64,000 bases of DNA from Vicugna vicugna (Eukaryota), in assembly GCA_013265495.1 (NCBI GenBank), contig MU058844.1, forward strand, positions 2,335,520-2,399,519, given 5' to 3'. Of this stretch, positions 62,350 to 64,000 are shown piece after piece. The position numbers were made by a program, and so were the translations under genes. Positions within the stretch are counted from its first letter, which is position 1; every line of letters starts with the position of its first letter. Under the pieces are notes generated by a model that searched no databases, had not been told where the DNA came from, and was given only the letters and a program-made list of their open reading frames with translations.

Positions 62350-63235
62350 CATATTTTTTATTATAAATTTGATTTGATATTATAATTTCTCATTTTAGAA
62401 TTTCCATTTGATACTTTTATTATACTATTTCTCAGCCAAGATTTTCTTTTTATTGATTATATTTTTAATCTAATTGAGCATAGTTATAAAGATGAATCTT
62501 ATTTTTAAAGGTGCATCTTTAAAATCCCTGGCTGATCATTTTAACATCTGTATTAACTTGTTGTTATCTCCACTGATTATCTTGAGGATGGGTTACAGTT
62601 TCCTGGTTGTTTATATATATATCAAGTAATTTTGCATTGAATACTGGACATTTTGAGTCATACTGTGGAGACTCTGGATCCTGTTACATTACTCTGAAGA
62701 ATGTTGATGTATTTTTCTCAAGCAGGCAGTTAATTTGATTGAATTCAAACTGCAAACTCTAACCCTTGGGTAGCAGCTTAAACCAAGGTTCAATTCTTCC
62801 CTCCTCCAGCCCTTAGTTGACCTTTTTTTCCAATCTGCCTCATGCTTTTGGGATCCAGGGTTCAGCCAAAGTGTTGGAAATAATTTATAACACAGAATCT
62901 GGGGCACCTCCTCTCCGGATTTCTTTTTTCCCTCACTTTTCAACAGATGTGATTATTCTGAAATCTTTTTGTTCTTCAAGCCAGAAAGACTATGACTTAT
63001 CAGTTTTAGCCACATCTGAGACTCCATGACTTCCTTCCCTCAGGCTAAAATTAGAAGAAAAAGAAAAGAAAAAAAAATTCACACCCTGTGTTCTTTGTAT
63101 TTTCAAGTTTCAGCTTTCCTCTAGAATTTGCCTGGTTTTGTTCACTTTCAAGAGCCTTCAAGTATTTATTTTTTATGTTTTTTTTTCAGAGTCTGTGCTG
63201 TTATCTGTGGTATTATTGACTGATTAAGAGCATGC
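62350..63235 (-). mobile_element. Old L1M/HAL1-type 5' and ORF1-region remnant
   Basis: Antisense motifs TAGAATTTCCATTTG, TTAAAATCCCTGGCTGAT, GTAATTTTGCATTGAATACTGGACATT, AATTTGCCTGGTTTTGTTCACTTTC. Confidence 0.6.
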
Positions 63236-63759
63236 TTGAGCATATAGAAAGTAAAACATATATGGAGAGAGTGAAAGAGAAAGTTGGTTGCTAAGATGTA
63301 CTGCAGTGAATGAGCACAGTTTAGTTCGTGAGTCTGGTTCCTTAGGCACTGGAATGTGAACCATTCTAGGAACTCCGCTGGTACCTTGCCCAAAATGGGC
63401 CATGTTATAAACTACAACTAGCTGCTGTGATAGATATCTGGGTGGTCAAGCATCTCCTTAACTGCATTCAGCCTTTATGGTAGATCATCAACTTTCATGT
63501 GATTTCACTATGCTCCCCAGTTGTACAAATTGTGGAGTGGGCCATCAGATCCCACTCTGGTCTAACTCCCATTGGAGGAGTCCCTCATGCTGTTTCCTCC
63601 TCTCAGAGGCAAGAGCCCAGGGGATCCAGCTGGCCTAGGTCCAGTCTGGTTAATCCAACATCAGAGGGAATCAATGAAGTTTTGCTCTGGCTATTTGAAT
63701 ATCTGAATATTTTAGGGAAGCCTTTGCCTCTTTTCCCTTCTCTTTAACCATTTTTCCCC

Positions 63760-64000
63760 TAGATTATCTCATCCATTCCCCGAATCCAAATTACCTTCTA
63801 TATGCTAATAACTACCAAATTTATATCAGCAACCCACTTCTCTCCACTGAATTCCAAATTGGAACACCCAATTGCCTAATTTACATCTACTTTGAATGTC
63901 TCACAGATATCTCAAATTTAACATGTCAAAAATCAACTTATTAATGTCTACCTCCCTTCTCCCCAAAACTTCATCATCCCCAAACTTTCTCTACTGAGTT
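63760..64000 (+). mobile_element. L2 LINE fragment (runs off the window)
   Basis: TATATGCTAATAACTACCAAATTTATATC..TCTCCACTGAATTCCA..ATCTCAAATTTAACATGTCAAAAA. Confidence 0.75.

Noticed and set aside
1..64000. Prokaryotic or phage-type system (operon, CRISPR, defence island), tRNA or rRNA genes
   Set aside because: The sequence is clearly mammalian and repeat-rich, with no long non-repeat ORFs, no repeat-spacer arrays and no recognisable structural RNA genes.

Overview
AT-rich, CpG-depleted eutherian mammalian genomic DNA that looks intronic or intergenic. I recognise no cellular protein-coding exon, RNA gene, CRISPR array or prokaryotic system. Much of the window is interspersed repeat: ancient MIR and L2, L1M-class LINEs, MaLR/ERVL/ERV1 solo LTRs, hAT-Charlie MITEs (MER5, MER20) and a complete Tigger-derived MER44-type element. 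Two young, near-identical, 5'-truncated LINE-1 insertions with target-site duplications lie at 2126-2652 and 28891-30134. The second carries the only convincing protein-like ORF, the ORF2p C-terminus with its CCHC knuckle. The young L1 type and the lack of Alu, Bov-A/BovB, PRE-1, Can-SINE, ERE and B1/B2 elements suggest a camelid, but this is inference. The most interesting non-repeat signals are two long imperfect palindromes (3802-3896, 18200-18324), a CpG-retaining candidate regulatory module with a CTCF-like site (about 16200-17260), CRE sites, a few weak exon candidates, and a strong minus-strand bias of LTRs that hints at a + strand host transcript. I cannot support a novel biological system from this sequence. 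Repeat subfamily names come from my recollection of consensus sequences, and boundaries without TSDs or TIRs are approximate.
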